From Raillietiella orientalis (Eukaryota), in the NCBI GenBank assembly GCA_036172245.1, contig JAYWIR010000060.1:186001-250000 (forward strand): DNA of 64,000 bases, in the 5' to 3' direction. Under the pieces are notes generated by a model that saw only the letters and a program-made list of their open reading frames with translations, had not been told where the DNA came from and did not search any database. Made by a program: the position numbers and the translations under genes. How positions within the stretch are numbered: position 1 is the first letter of the stretch; every line of letters starts with the position of its first letter. This document shows positions 48,701 through 60,600 of the stretch, piece after piece.

Positions 48701-49279
48701 TGAAGCAGCCGAGAGCGCGGTCCTTTCGAGAGGAAGAAGTCCGCGGTTGGAGAGAAGTTTTAGCGTCTACATCTGTTTCGCGACCGTCCAAAACAGGGGA
48801 GAACTTCAGGGGTGGAGTCTCTTCCGGACTGGAGGAACGTCCCGCCTCCACTTGAGCCCATCCTTTCAGTGGACTCGCCCGGGACGAGCATTTGTCCTCC
48901 TCTTTCTCCCATCCTCCTCCTGCCTTCTTCCCACTGTCTTCCTTCTCCCTTCCTCCTTCTTCTCCTCCTCATCCTTCCTTCCTTATTCATTCCCCTCCTC
49001 TTCATCCCTTCCTCCTTGTCAGGTCGCGAGGACGCGCAGCGGGCTACTCGGCTTGTGCAGGGCGAGCCACTTAAAACACTTAAAGCCACTCCTCCTCAAG
49101 TCTGACTCCGTGGGCAAGCGCGGCGATGTTTCGGGGGGACGGTTTCAAGTGGCTCACCCTGCACGGTGCCGGGACCTTGTGAATGGGGGGGGGACCTCTT
49201 CGAAGGACGTGAGCGGGGAGCTCAGCACTCCTCTGAGCAGAAGATGAAGAAGCGCCGAGAACCACGAAGAGCTCGCCAT
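42769..49279 (-). CDS. Takeout / juvenile hormone binding protein (JHBP) family secreted protein, ~260 aa, 5 exons
   Basis: Exons 48001-47764 (KSPCQLGDDRELNRCMVDAI..GVPSQNIPHLDPLYIDKL..VEGIGNF), 47693-47560 (IPILKMNGTYSI..LRANGTFDMYF), 43195-43046 (..IRLHKLLEREPVL) and 42908-42769 (YLNNNWKDMFEVMSP..*) splice in phase with GT-AG. They carry the takeout hallmarks C..C, G.P...IP.LDPL, G.Y, G.F and LN.NW. The likely signal-peptide exon 49279-49158 (gccATGg, MASSSWFSALLHLLLRGVLS) is 1 nt out of phase. Confidence 0.88.
42955..42972. repeat. (GA)n microsatellite followed by a poly-G run
   Basis: Direct inspection; lies in the last JHBP intron. Confidence 0.85.
43330..43995 (-). mobile_element. tRNA-derived SINE-like element, copy 3
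   Basis: Perfect B box GGTTCGAATCCC on the minus strand (43931-43942), an A-box-like ttgcctgagctgg upstream, and collinear blocks shared with 4430-5190. Confidence 0.72.
44800..45310 (-). mobile_element. Degenerate L1/Tx1-like ORF1 (gag-like) relic
   Basis: ..VTLRLL..IPPEFELVGRHGFRVVSTRRMQTS*RSLGQGSHRAPSRP fits the ORF1 pattern IP..(l)..g....v...gq..tCxxCxxxGHxAxxCP with the Cys residues decayed. Confidence 0.45.
45450..47220 (+). mobile_element. Possible decayed autonomous MULE: transposase-like fragments followed by the AT-rich right end of the MITE family
   Basis: CLGDGVHTF loosely recalls the MULE DGTF motif. FLIGRLDSHLLY..W.C.D..FN*RNPDSW..SIF..VYTIKVE loosely recalls WIGR..LF..W..TNN..ESW..IF. 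46925-47220 matches the MITE internal and right-end sequence (tttttataatcttttgggatttcgac). Confidence 0.35.
46333..46369. repeat. 37-nt hairpin (17-bp arms, one G-T pair, 3-nt loop)
   Basis: cgccacgtaccgtactg-tct-cagtacggtatgtggcg. Confidence 0.9.
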
Positions 49280-51979
49280 GGCATGGAACGTGGCCCGGAG
49301 CGTTCCCTAAGCCGAAACCGTGCGAAACATTCCGCGGGGACGAAAGGACGGAGATGTGCCAACGGGGGTTTGGAGCGCACTGGATGAGGACGTCCCAGTC
49401 TCGTGCTCTTTCTGGATGCCACACTGGAAGCGCTCCGTGGCTGGATCGCGCTGGACCTCTCCTGACGTCGCCGTTGCCGTAGGGACTTCACTCCAGCCTG
49501 CGCGCTCTTCGTGTAGGAAGACATAACCGGTATAGGTTGGAAATGCGTGAGCGTCCGGAAGCTGCATCTCGGTTCTGGACATCCCCTCACCGCGCATCAG
49601 AAGCGCTTCGTGCCTCCGGGATCGCTCCGAAAGTCACCGTGGCGTCCTCCACCGCTCCCGTGAGAATCTGCGAATGAGTCCTTGAGGCTGCCGCGAGATC
49701 ATCGCTGCATGCCCGCCGGGATGGAGTGGTAGTGCAAGGACGAGCGGCAGACACGCAGTGCTGCCAGAACGTGTTGGCTTCACTTTCGCTGGCGCAGTCA
49801 GGTGCCACCAGCGGAATTCGAAAGGGGAAGAAACGTCGAAAGGGAGAAACTCGCGGAAGAAGCGCCGCCGACCTGAGCGTGTGGGGGGAGAAGAGTGGAA
49901 GCCACGGGACGAATGGGGGGCGCAACGAGCTGCCGCAGGAAATCGGCCGAAAGAGGCAGCACGTGTCTCGGAGACAATCTGTGGAAGGAGCCGAATCTTG
50001 GGCTGCCGCGCCCGCGGCTGAACCTCGCCCACGAGCGCGGCGTCGGGGGTGGACGGCGTCCCACGAAACCGCGCGGCCCGAGCACGCCGAGGGAAAACGC
50101 GCGCCCGCCCGCTGAGGAGCGGCCGAACAGAGCGGCAGCAGGAAAGTGAAATCGATTTCGTCATGGCGCTGGCCGGCCTTTCCTCTCCGGTCAGATCCAT
50201 GCCCGCTGGCATGGACTTTTCCTCTTTCACTTCGTGGCCCCATTTTCCGAACTTCCGCTCTCTCGGCTTCGCAGTTTCCCCCGCGCACCGGGACGCTGGA
50301 AAGGGAGCGGCGCCGACGCGGACTCGGACCACGTCCATCCTCATCTTCAGAAGAGGCACTTGGCAGCGAGGGAGGAGGAGGAGGAAGACGCCAAAAATCC
50401 TCCCTCCACTTCGAGCTTCGGCTCTTCGCGGTTCCTCACCGCAGACGCTCCTCTGTCCACTGCGAAACCCATCAGCAAGAGCTTGCAGTTCCGGAGGTTC
50501 GGTCCGCGTCGGCTGCCGTGAGCAGCGCCTGGCGGCAGGGGTTCGATTCCCCCCCGGGGAAGGGTCGACGCCGAGAACGGCGAATGCGTCGTGGGTTTCG
50601 AGTCCACCCTGCAGGATGGCGTTGGTCAGACCACGGACTTCGGGTGCGGCGGGGCGGTGGAAGCCGGGAACCGGCCAGGATTGAAAGTGTACCTTCCGGG
50701 GTCCTTCCAGGAAACATGGAGCCTCAGGGTTCCCCCTCCAGTCGTGCAAGTGGAGGACCCTCCGTCGCGTTCCACGGAACTGGTTGACCCCCCTCGGGAG
50801 GTACTTCCCCATAGTGCCAGAAGCGCGCTGCTCCCTTCGAGAGTGCTCCTCAGAGGAGGAAACAAGGAGAGGGGTGGTCTCCTTGGCGTTGCGTCCTGAC
50901 TAGACCACGCTCACCCTCGGGGGGAGGCATCGTCGAACATCCCCCCTGAAGAGGTGGACGCTTCTTCGAAACTCCTTGAGAACCGGGAGTGGGAAAAAGA
51001 AAAAAAAAAAAAAAACACCTCACTCCTCCAAGAAACGATGCCTGCTGGTTGCCCCGTGCATGCGGGTCGTCCCCGCAACCGTCACCCCGCACTTGAAGCG
51101 TCCAAGCGCGCTGTCCACGGAACTTCTGACCACAGGTGTTTGCGTGTGATGGTTGGGAGGAAGAGTGCTGCCAGCCGAGGTCCCTCGATCCAGGAAGGAC
51201 GCCATTTTCCTCACTTTTTGGTCCGCGGGATCAGAAAGGGCGTCTCCCCCTTCGCATCCCTCCCGAAGCGGCAAGCAGGGACGCCTCCAGAAGCGCTCCC
51301 GAATTGTTTCCGGGGGCGTTTCTTCTCCTTCCACGTTCTCCTCCTCCCTGGCGAACGCTTTCGCGAGCACCATCTCCACCCGCTGCTTCCTCTGCCTGGT
51401 CGTTTGCTTGCGGCGCGTGCAAGACGTCGGACCGGGGCGCTCTCGTCCGTGGTTGGAGCTTGCGGGATGACGTCTCGGCGCTGAAGCCAAGCAGCCCATC
51501 CTTGGCTTCCCGCGACCAGCGTCCCCAAAGGAGCGGCCGGGAAGAATGGTTCCCTTTGTCCAAGTCGTGCCCCTCCCGACGGGACCCTTCCCACTCCTTG
51601 GTCGCCTCCGTCGATCCCGCCTCGGGTCCGGGAAAGCCGCTCGTGAGCTGCAGGGGCAGCACCAACGGGGGAAGAGTGGTCTGCGCGGGAAATGCGGCCC
51701 CCCCGGTCCGCGTCCGGAGCTTCCGTGCTTCAGCACTCGCCAGACCCCTGGCTCTCCACGGTGGGAAGCCCAAGCGCGCGCCGGCCGCCACATCATTGCG
51801 AGCCCGCAGCAGGGATCGTTCCCCCCTTGGCGACGTCACCGTCCTTCCCCGAGGACCCACCCCTCGCGAGGCTTTTCCGCCCTTTCCCGACCTCTCCGGG
51901 CCCACCCCCAGCCCACTCGACCTCCTTGGACCGGAGTCTTCCTGCACCCCGGACTCCCTCCTGGCAGCCAGTGGGTTTG

Positions 51980-52685
51980 GTCCGAGATCCCGAATGCCGA
52001 AATCTCCAAAGATCAAACAAACAAATATACACGCCTATTATGTGTATTGACGTATACAATAAGCATGTGCGCCTAAACATTAATGTACAGATTAGTGTGC
52101 AAATTTATTTGAACACCCAACTCTCTCAATATCTATTAACACACACACTTATTAATTAACAATATTAATTAGAAATGCTAAAGATTATAAGCACATATGT
52201 CTATTATATTACTATATATTTATACGTGTAATAAATATGTATGACGTGAATGGATAAACATCGACTTACGTATTTATCAAATGATTGCAAATCCCGAGAG
52301 GAGAATCCGTCCATTGTTGAGGAGGAGGCGCCATTTGCTGAGTGTTGGAAAGGACAGGAAAAGGAAATACCAAGTTTCCTCTTTGTTTTTTTTCTAATTT
52401 GTCTGCTTTTTTATCTCCACCCCTTCCCCACTATCTTTTAATCTCATCATTGTTTTTCGTTTTTTATAATTCGATATTTATACATTCATTTAGTACATAT
52501 TTATTCTATACTTAAATATGCATTAATGTACCGAATAAACATACATATTTGTTTTTTATGACCTTCACTATATATATTAATCTTTACATTGATCTATATA
52601 CAAATTTATGCAGTAATATACGTAATAAGCGTATTTCGTTTGCTTTTTTGATCTTTCGAGATTTTGATCGTTCGGGGTTTTGAAC
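51980..52685 (+). mobile_element. AT-rich MULE/MITE-like element copy C with recognisable degenerate TIRs
   Basis: The left end atcccgaatgccgaaatctccaaagatcaaacaaacaaatatacacgcctattatg is an imperfect inverted repeat of the right end (reverse complement accccgaacgatcaaaatctcgaaagatcaaaaaagcaaacgaaatacgcttattacg). Conserved core at 52356-52378. Confidence 0.75.
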
Positions 52686-54139
52686 GAAATCCTGAAACAT
52701 CAACTCTCTGAGATTCCTCCGGAACATTCTGGTTTCTTCGATCACTGGAGTTTGATGAGACCCCCCCATAAGCGCGGGTTTTCATCCCAACTCTAGGTGA
52801 TGCGGCTGGAGCAGTTTGGGCACCCAAGTCCGCATTGGTATTGGTCCCGGCAAGGCGGAAAACTCCCGCTGATCCTGTTGAATGCTCCTGGTCGCGTTTC
52901 GGGCGCAGGGAGGGAGTACGGCCCGGCAAACGAAGGCAACGTGAGCCGCGCCCGCATCCTGTCATCCCTGCTGGCGCGGCTAGCCGTGGCCAGCCGCGCC
53001 AGCGCCAGGTCCCGGCGGCCGTCCTCGCGCTGCACCTGCGATCGCCTTCTTCGTCGAGTCTCGGTCAGAGAGGTGTGGTTCGGCTCTCCCGCACGGGGAG
53101 GAGGAGGCCGTTGTCTGCTTTTCGATTTCATCCGAAGGAACCCGGGAGGGAATGAAGGCGCTACGAAGGAGACGGGGGGTCGCAGTCACCTTACGGGGAT
53201 CACGGATCGAGGCGAAAGGACCGATCGATCCCCATCTTTGCCTTCGTTCCGCACGCACGGGGGCTTCGGGGGAGGGGAACAGGGAGTGAGAGGTGCCTTT
53301 CGAGGGGCTCGCTTGCTCGCTTCTTGGGAGGCCCTCGCGTCGCACCATCTGTGGGAATGACTCTCTGCACTACCCAGGAGCCCTCTGTCTGAATGGCGGT
53401 CGAACCCTTGGGGGAAACGCCACCAGGTTCAGGGATGCGAAAGGCGCCGCCTTCGTGGAGGCCGAGCGGCTTCAGAGAGACACCCCCAGATGGAAGCAGC
53501 CGTTTCTGAAGCGTGCGAGACGCTCGACCATACTCGACGGTGGTCGGTTCCACCGGAACGGAGCGCTCCCGCACCCTCGCAAGAATCGCTGCTGCAGCCG
53601 GGGTGCGATCCGACGGGTCGCACTTCCGGGGAAGGAGATTCCGGAAATGAGGAGCGTGGAGACGCGTGCCGTCTCCCCTCACGCACGCGCACGTAAACGC
53701 CCACGAGAGCTGCCGATGCTCCGCGTTCTCGACGGGCGGGCAAAAAAAGGACAAAAATATCTCATGGCCCTTGGCCCTGAGGTCACTGTTACGGCTTTGT
53801 CCTTGAAGTGGTTCCTCCCTCGGAGTACCAGCCGGGGACAAGAATCTGCCCGGAGCGATCGGTCGCGGAGGAGCTCCACGTCCTTCACGGTCCCCGAGTT
53901 CCCGACACCGCCGCCCGGTCGGGAACTCGGGGATCGTTCCCGCCACCTGCATCGCCCCGCCCCCCGCTCGATCGCCCGGGACGAACAGCAAGGCAAGGGG
54001 CACGAGGCCCTGACAAGAAACCCCAGGAACGGAAGACCTACCAGAAGCCGGTGCCTTGGGCGCCGCCAAGATGGAAGTCACGCACAGACTGGCCATCCAC
54101 GAGTAGACGCACGGCCGCATGCTTTCCCGATGCGCGTTT

Positions 54140-54203
54140 CCTTCCTCCTCCTCCTCCTCCTCTTCTTCTTCTTCTTCCTCCTCCTCCTCCTCCTCCTCCT
54201 CCT
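54140..54203. repeat. (CCT)n/(CTT)n trinucleotide microsatellite
   Basis: Direct inspection. Confidence 0.9.
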
Positions 54204-54959
54204 GTGATTCGCACTCCTCGGTGCGTGGTCGGGGACAAACGAAGTGCTGCTCCCCTCTTCTTTATATCTCTTCGCCTGGTAACCTGCACAGAGGATATTT
54301 CATACCTCGGGCAGACTTTTTTCCTTGACGCGGCTCTAAAGAGAAAGAACGTGGAATTCTCGTGAGTTATTTTTACATCCCGGCGCATGGAAACGCGCGC
54401 GCCGGCGACTCGAAAGAGCGCGCGGCGGTCAACCTTTACCAAGGCAACGGCGGGAAGAAAGCGCCGCTGCGGCTCTCCCACTCTTTCTGCGTGACACGGC
54501 CAACCCGACGAGAGCCCCGGGCGCGGGTCGGGGTGCTCCCGAGCGAACCGTCCGGAAGACCGGCGCGCGGAACCGAGGGGGAGGGGGGGTCCTCGCTGTC
54601 TGCAGGGCGCGCGCAGCCGTCCGGTCACCGCCGCCCGGCGGGGCCTCTCCGCCTCTCCCGAACGGCGAGGGGACGCCGTCGCAGTCTCCATCTCGGCGCG
54701 CGTGCACGGGCTAAAGAGGCAGGCCGGCGCCCGCCGTGGGCCGGCCCGCTGCCGTTTGTCTTCGCGAGCCAGGGGCAACTCCAGCAGCCCGCCACTCCCA
54801 GGACGCAGCCGGAGGGAGGCCGCTGCCCTACTCCGTTCTTGGCTCCGTCGGAGCAGGAAGGGCACGCCAACCGAGGCGTGTGACCCTTCTTCGCCAACCC
54901 CCTCCCCCCCTCCCCATGGCTAGGGAATCATTCCAGGTCGGGCTGGGTTTCGAAATGCG

Positions 54960-55165
54960 TATGCAGATATAATCTTTAATATATATTAATAATATGTGTA
55001 AAAATAAATATGCCTGGCTGATCTGTGCATACAGACGTATACTTATTTTTTCAATAATCTGTACAGCGCACATTGATCCATACATCAACGTACACATAAA
55101 CACACATTGTGGATACGTACGACAAGCGCACGCGTGTGTCTTTCGCGGCGGTTGGGATTTCGGAG
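54960..55165. mobile_element. Terminal fragment of the AT-rich MITE family
   Basis: ataatctttaatatatattaat.. motif and terminal ttgggatttcgg. Confidence 0.5.
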
Positions 55166-56189
55166 CGGCGGCGCACCAAATGGCCGGCTGAGGGTGGTCA
55201 GCGCGGAAGAAGCGCAGGCGGGAATGCGCAGGAAAAGTGAAGCGCGCGCGCCATACTTGAGGAACAGTTGGGTTCCTCGGCCACCTCGCGACTGGTTTTG
55301 GGAGGGGGGGGGGGGCACTTGCGTCCACTTTTGGTTTCGTTCGCATGGATTGGTCAACAACTTCTTGAGCCCTTTTCCTTTTCCATGCCGACGGCTCCCC
55401 CGTTCTGAAGCAGCAGAACCACTCCACCCCCCCCTGCGTCCGGGAGCGCGTCAGCCGGAACTGGAACATCCCGAAGGAAGAAAGGGTCATGACGTGGCTC
55501 CGGGGTCTCTGGAGAACGCAGGGAACGCTCCCGGGCCTCCTCCTCCCCTCTTTACTGGCTGCACCTCGGGGACCGAGCGAAAGAACCGCAAAATCGCCCC
55601 CTGCTTCCAGCCTGCTTTCGTGACGGCATCGCGAAAAAAACTCGTTCTGGATTGAGGTCAGTGAAACAATCGCCCGTCTTCATGAACCCTATCTTCTCAC
55701 TTTCTCACTTTTCCTTTCGTAAGAACTCTTGAAGAAGAAGGGGGAGGGAGACTGGAAGGAAAAAAAAAAAAAAAAAGAACGCACACCACCCGAAGGAAAC
55801 TTTCGTCGCTCACGATTGCCCGTTGTTCTCTCTGGCCCATCGGGGGGCTCCTCGCTCACCGGAAACCCTTCCATCCGCCGCACTCTTTCGTCTCGGAAGC
55901 CTCTGCGTCCCAATTACCGGATGACGCCGAGGTGCGGGCGAGGCTGCGTCCGCCCACGGAGACGCACCGCCGCGGCTCTCCAGGCAGCACCCCTGCAAAA
56001 CGAATTGCTGCCCCCACCGCGGAAGATGACCTCACACGTATCGTCGTACTGCGAGCCAGTCCCGTGGTCAGCGGTCCCCCCGCACCCCTCTCGTTTGGAA
56101 TACCGCCGTTCTCGACAGCTTCTCGAAAATGGCAATGGGAAGTCAGGACCCACGTGCAGGGTTGCCAGACTCCCGGCGCAGGAGACACT

Positions 56190-57390
56190 CCAGAATGTCG
56201 AAATCTCGAAGGATCATCGAAAATACATGCGCATGTCTATTATGCTTACGTATACATTAACATGCGAGATTATTTTAACGTGCGCATTTATTAATATGTA
56301 GTATCGATATAATTAACATCTTTATTATACACATGAATGTATAGATGAATACATATTATAAAGACTATAAGAATAAATTTATATGCTTACCATGTACATT
56401 AACATGCGTATTCATATACAAATTTATCTTTGCATGCATTTTCATTAATACTTAGTAACATTTTGTTAACATAATTAATAATATGCATTACTATATATAT
56501 AGTAAAGATCATAAAAATGAATATACTTTAAATGAATACACAAACTATCGAATTATAAGGAAACGAGAATAACGATGACAATCGAAAACAGTGGGGAAAA
56601 ATGAAAAGGCAAACAAATGTGAAGAAACATTCGACCTGGGAAGACTCGGGGCCCCGGAAAGGAACTGGGTGTGACCCTGCTGGTCACCTCGCGCATCCTT
56701 CGGGTGGACGCATCGCCTTGGACGAGCAGCGGACGCCGCCGCCCCAAACCCACGCCAACCTCACGGAGAGGGACGGAGAGGAAGACGTCGCCGACATGCG
56801 GCCTGCAGGACGTCCCGGTGGGTGAAGCCTCCTGCTGTGGCACCCCTCGCGGCACAGCTTCAACGACCTGGGTGGCTGCCGGGTGGCCACACCTTGACGA
56901 AGAAGTGAGGACGGAGATTGCAGGCGTTCACCGCCGGCTCTGAGAATGAGAACAGCTGAAACTGAAGACCCCCTGTCCCCACCCTCCCACCATATTTACT
57001 TATTTATTGTCCCCGCCCTGCCGTTCCGAACTCTCCGTGTGCCCGACCTGCGTGCCGGGAACCCTCCCCCCCCATCTTCTGCGGGAACACAGTTCCCGGA
57101 TGATTCCCATTAATAAACGTCCCGGCGCAACCGGGTAACAAACTACCCGGGAGGCAAGGGCGGAAGAAGGGGGAGGAGACCCTTCGCCCCTTTATCAGCA
57201 TCCTTGTGGCCGTTAGCTTTGAAAAGAAAACCGAGATAGGTATTATAAATATGTGTGTTAATATGCATAATAAGCACATGTATATATATACTTATAATCT
57301 TTAGTACATATATGTACGTATGCATTAAAGATTTTCGATCTTTCGGGGTTTCGACATTCGGGGTTGTAATCGTTCGGGATTTGGGATCAC
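56190..57390 (-). mobile_element. AT-rich MULE/MITE-like element copy D with a ~600-bp GC-rich internal insert
   Basis: Left end gaatgtcgaaatctcgaaggatc; internal 56597-56618 identical to copy B; GC-rich 56625-57230; right end ttcggggtttcgacattcggggttgtaatcgttcgggatttggga (57342-57386). Confidence 0.65.
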
Positions 57391-57699
57391 ACACACCCCG
57401 TAACGCCACTTTGGCACGGGTTCCTTGCACAAGAGGGGTGAGCGCTCCTCAGGGATATCTTCCGGAGGATGCAGCGACGTACCTTAGCTGGCTGGCGAGG
57501 GCTTTTGTACAGAGAGGGAGGTCGAAGCAATTCATCTTTGCATTTTAATCCATGGGGCACGTAAAACCGAGGTTTGCCGCGTTGAGGAAAGTGAATGGAG
57601 GTCATGCGCGTCGGACCGAGTCCTGACCGTGGACACGATCCACGATCTTGCGAACGCCTGCGTATCCTTCGAAACGGAGATTCATCATCCCATCTCCCG

Positions 57700-60600
57700 C
57701 TGCTTGCAGATCCGAAGGTTACCTTCAGGACCATTATTCAGATACGTTGGCAAAATAGTAGTAGTGGTGGTGGTTGAATGGGATTTCATACAGATTGCGG
57801 CTTCGTCCGATCCTTCCTTCCAGCTGCTGACTGATTCATCTGCTTCGCCATTTGCATCTCATTCGGGTGAGCTGATTGAAATTTCTCAAGAGCAGCAAGC
57901 AGATGCTCAAACGAATCCCATCTTCGTGTCCGTTTGGTCTCGGCAATGCATTTGTCGTGTTGAAAGGCAACGCCCCACTTAAAGGCCCCCAACCGTGAGC
58001 GGATGTATCTTTGAGTGGGGCCATGGCAAGCATTCCGGCTCCACACCTCGGCTGCAAGTGGACCCCCTGACCGTTTCCACGTCCTGGCCACCTCAGACTG
58101 AAGGTCCCTCTTGCCACGGCAAGGACTTCTGCGTGCGCCCGCTGGGAACCTGGATCCCCTGCAAAGCACGTCGCAGTTCGGTCCGCGGGAAGAGGGAGCT
58201 GCGCGTGCGCCCCGAAGCGGAGCGGCGCGAGGACATCCCTCCCGTCCGTCTGGAGGACACCCCGCCTCCGGCACGCCCGCTGCCTACCCCGTTTGGAAAG
58301 CGCGCCGGGATTCGCGTCTCCACATCGGGAAGGGGAAAAGGCGCCATTTCGGAAGGAATTCGTCTGAAGCTGAGGATGCTGCTTTTCATGTGTGTGTTTT
58401 TCTTGCAAACCACGCAGACCATTAACGTCGTTGACGCAGGCGAAATGGGAAAATGCGGTGCAGAAAGTGGCAGATGCTTTTCGCCATCGCCCCTCAGCGT
58501 TCGTAATGAGAACTGCGCGAGGATTTGCTGAGAGTGCAATGAGTTGCTCGTAAAACACGGAGGGTCAGCCGAAGCTCAGTCCGAGGGTTACCAGCTGAGC
58601 GATTTCACGAATAGGGAATTGGGAGTGCACATCTGCAAAGCACTCCCTCGTCCTCTGGTTGAGGCATTCTTCAAAGATGCATCCGTCACTGACTGTTTAT
58701 TTGACATAAATACATTTTGGTTTTCCTCTGCACCGTCACGACATCGCGGAGGACAACGACGTCAGGAGGCATACGTCGGGTACTTTGAATTCCCGAACTC
58801 AAGTCGGTGTCAAAGGCTTCGCGCTCTCAGGCAGTCTGAACACTTTGGTGTTTGGAAAAGGACTCGACATGCTCAACACGCAGCTCCTTATCGATTTCTC
58901 AATGACGAAATGCGAGACTTTGGTTTGCCTGTCACCAACGCAGGCGATGACTAAAGGTCGCATGAGGAAATGACGTCACGGAATTTATGATGGAACGCAT
59001 ACGCAATTATATGAGGGGGGGGGAGGAACTGAAATTCCATCGTGAAGATCAATTTTCTGCTGGGTAGAAGAGATCCATCACAGAGCTATTGCGAGGCCTT
59101 TCCGACTTCGAAATCAGCGCTTCCTCTCCCCTCCGAGAGTCTGAATTTGAGAGACCTCAAAGCTGAAGATCCTGAATCCAGTACGAGACTCTAATGGAAG
59201 AGAGGGATGACTCAGAAGTCTTTGAAGAGGAACAGAACTATTTCACGGTGGAGTTGGATGTCTATCCGAAGTTGCTGCAGTCTATGCAGAAGTTACATAC
59301 ATCAAGGAAAAGCTGTGTGGCCCTGGACTTTGAACAGAAGTTATTACTACGGCAGCAGTCAAAGGAAATTATCCACGTGTGTTAACAAGAGTTCAGGAAC
59401 TTTCCAGAATGGAAAGAAGAAATACGATCCAGAGAAATGTTCCTGTTGAAACTCACGATCAAAGAAGCTACACGAATAACACTGAAGGCGACTCTGCGTG
59501 TCCCCCCTCCCCCCCCCCAAAAAAAAAGAACAAAAAAAAAAAACAGGGGTAGTCAGCATAGTGGGTTCATGAGTGCAGCTCGGCTTGCCATGCTTTCCGA
59601 CATGAAGAGCTGGCTGTCGAGGAGATGCCACCGTATCCATGGGAATGGCGTCGATTCCTTCCCTCCCTTTCCTCTTCCTCTCACGAAGCCAAAGCGACAG
59701 CACTTGGCGTTTTCTCCGACCCACGCCAAGGACTCCACGGGTGCGATCCTCCCACTACGCGCGCTTTTTCCTCCGCCACTGCCTTTCTCCACTCCCTTCT
59801 GTCTTCCCTTGGAATTCCTGTTCTCCGGATCTTCCCCATTGGCACACTCATCCTAAGAAGGAAAAAATCCTGGGGTGAAAGATGCGTTCCATGCTTTCCT
59901 TTGGAGAGGCAGAGGACATGCACGTCGGTCAGATATGCCGAAAGGCAAAAGGATGCTTTAGAATGCAACCTTAGATGAGCATAACCATCATTTCACGACT
60001 GCCACCTCTTTGAGGAGGCTCCTGACCAGCAAGTGGAAATCCTCGCCACTCGATGCTTAAGGACCGTGCTTGGCCAGGGAGTGCCGGAGCACAAGGGGAA
60101 CGAAATGCATCGAGAGGAACAAGTCGAAAGATGATTGCAGGGGAGTCGCCACCACCGGAATTCCTGCGTGAAGAAAGCTTCGTTGTCCGAAGGAAGTTTC
60201 TGTCCTCTATCGCTGTGTGCTTGCTTATCGGGTCTTGGAGGGCAAAATGCACGCTGTTTAACAGATCTGAACGAAGAAGAAAGGGTTGAGTGGAAATTCG
60301 GTAAGATGCCGCGCGTTGTTACCATCAACCATTGCGCAACAAGTATTTATTTTTTTTTTTCCCGCAAACGAAGCAAAATCGTGATGACGGAATTACTACT
60401 TTTCCATGTATCTTAAGCTGACACTGTTCTGCTTCTCCTTTTTCTCGGAATCTCCGACAACATCAGCACACAGATCACGACGGCTCTGAAATAATCTTTC
60501 AGGAGGATTACGGAAGGCATTTCTTGGGAACGCGCATCCCAGCAGCCCAAAAGCGTACTTCCAGAATCGTAGGTGCTGCTTTTGTACGGCGTGACAAGCA

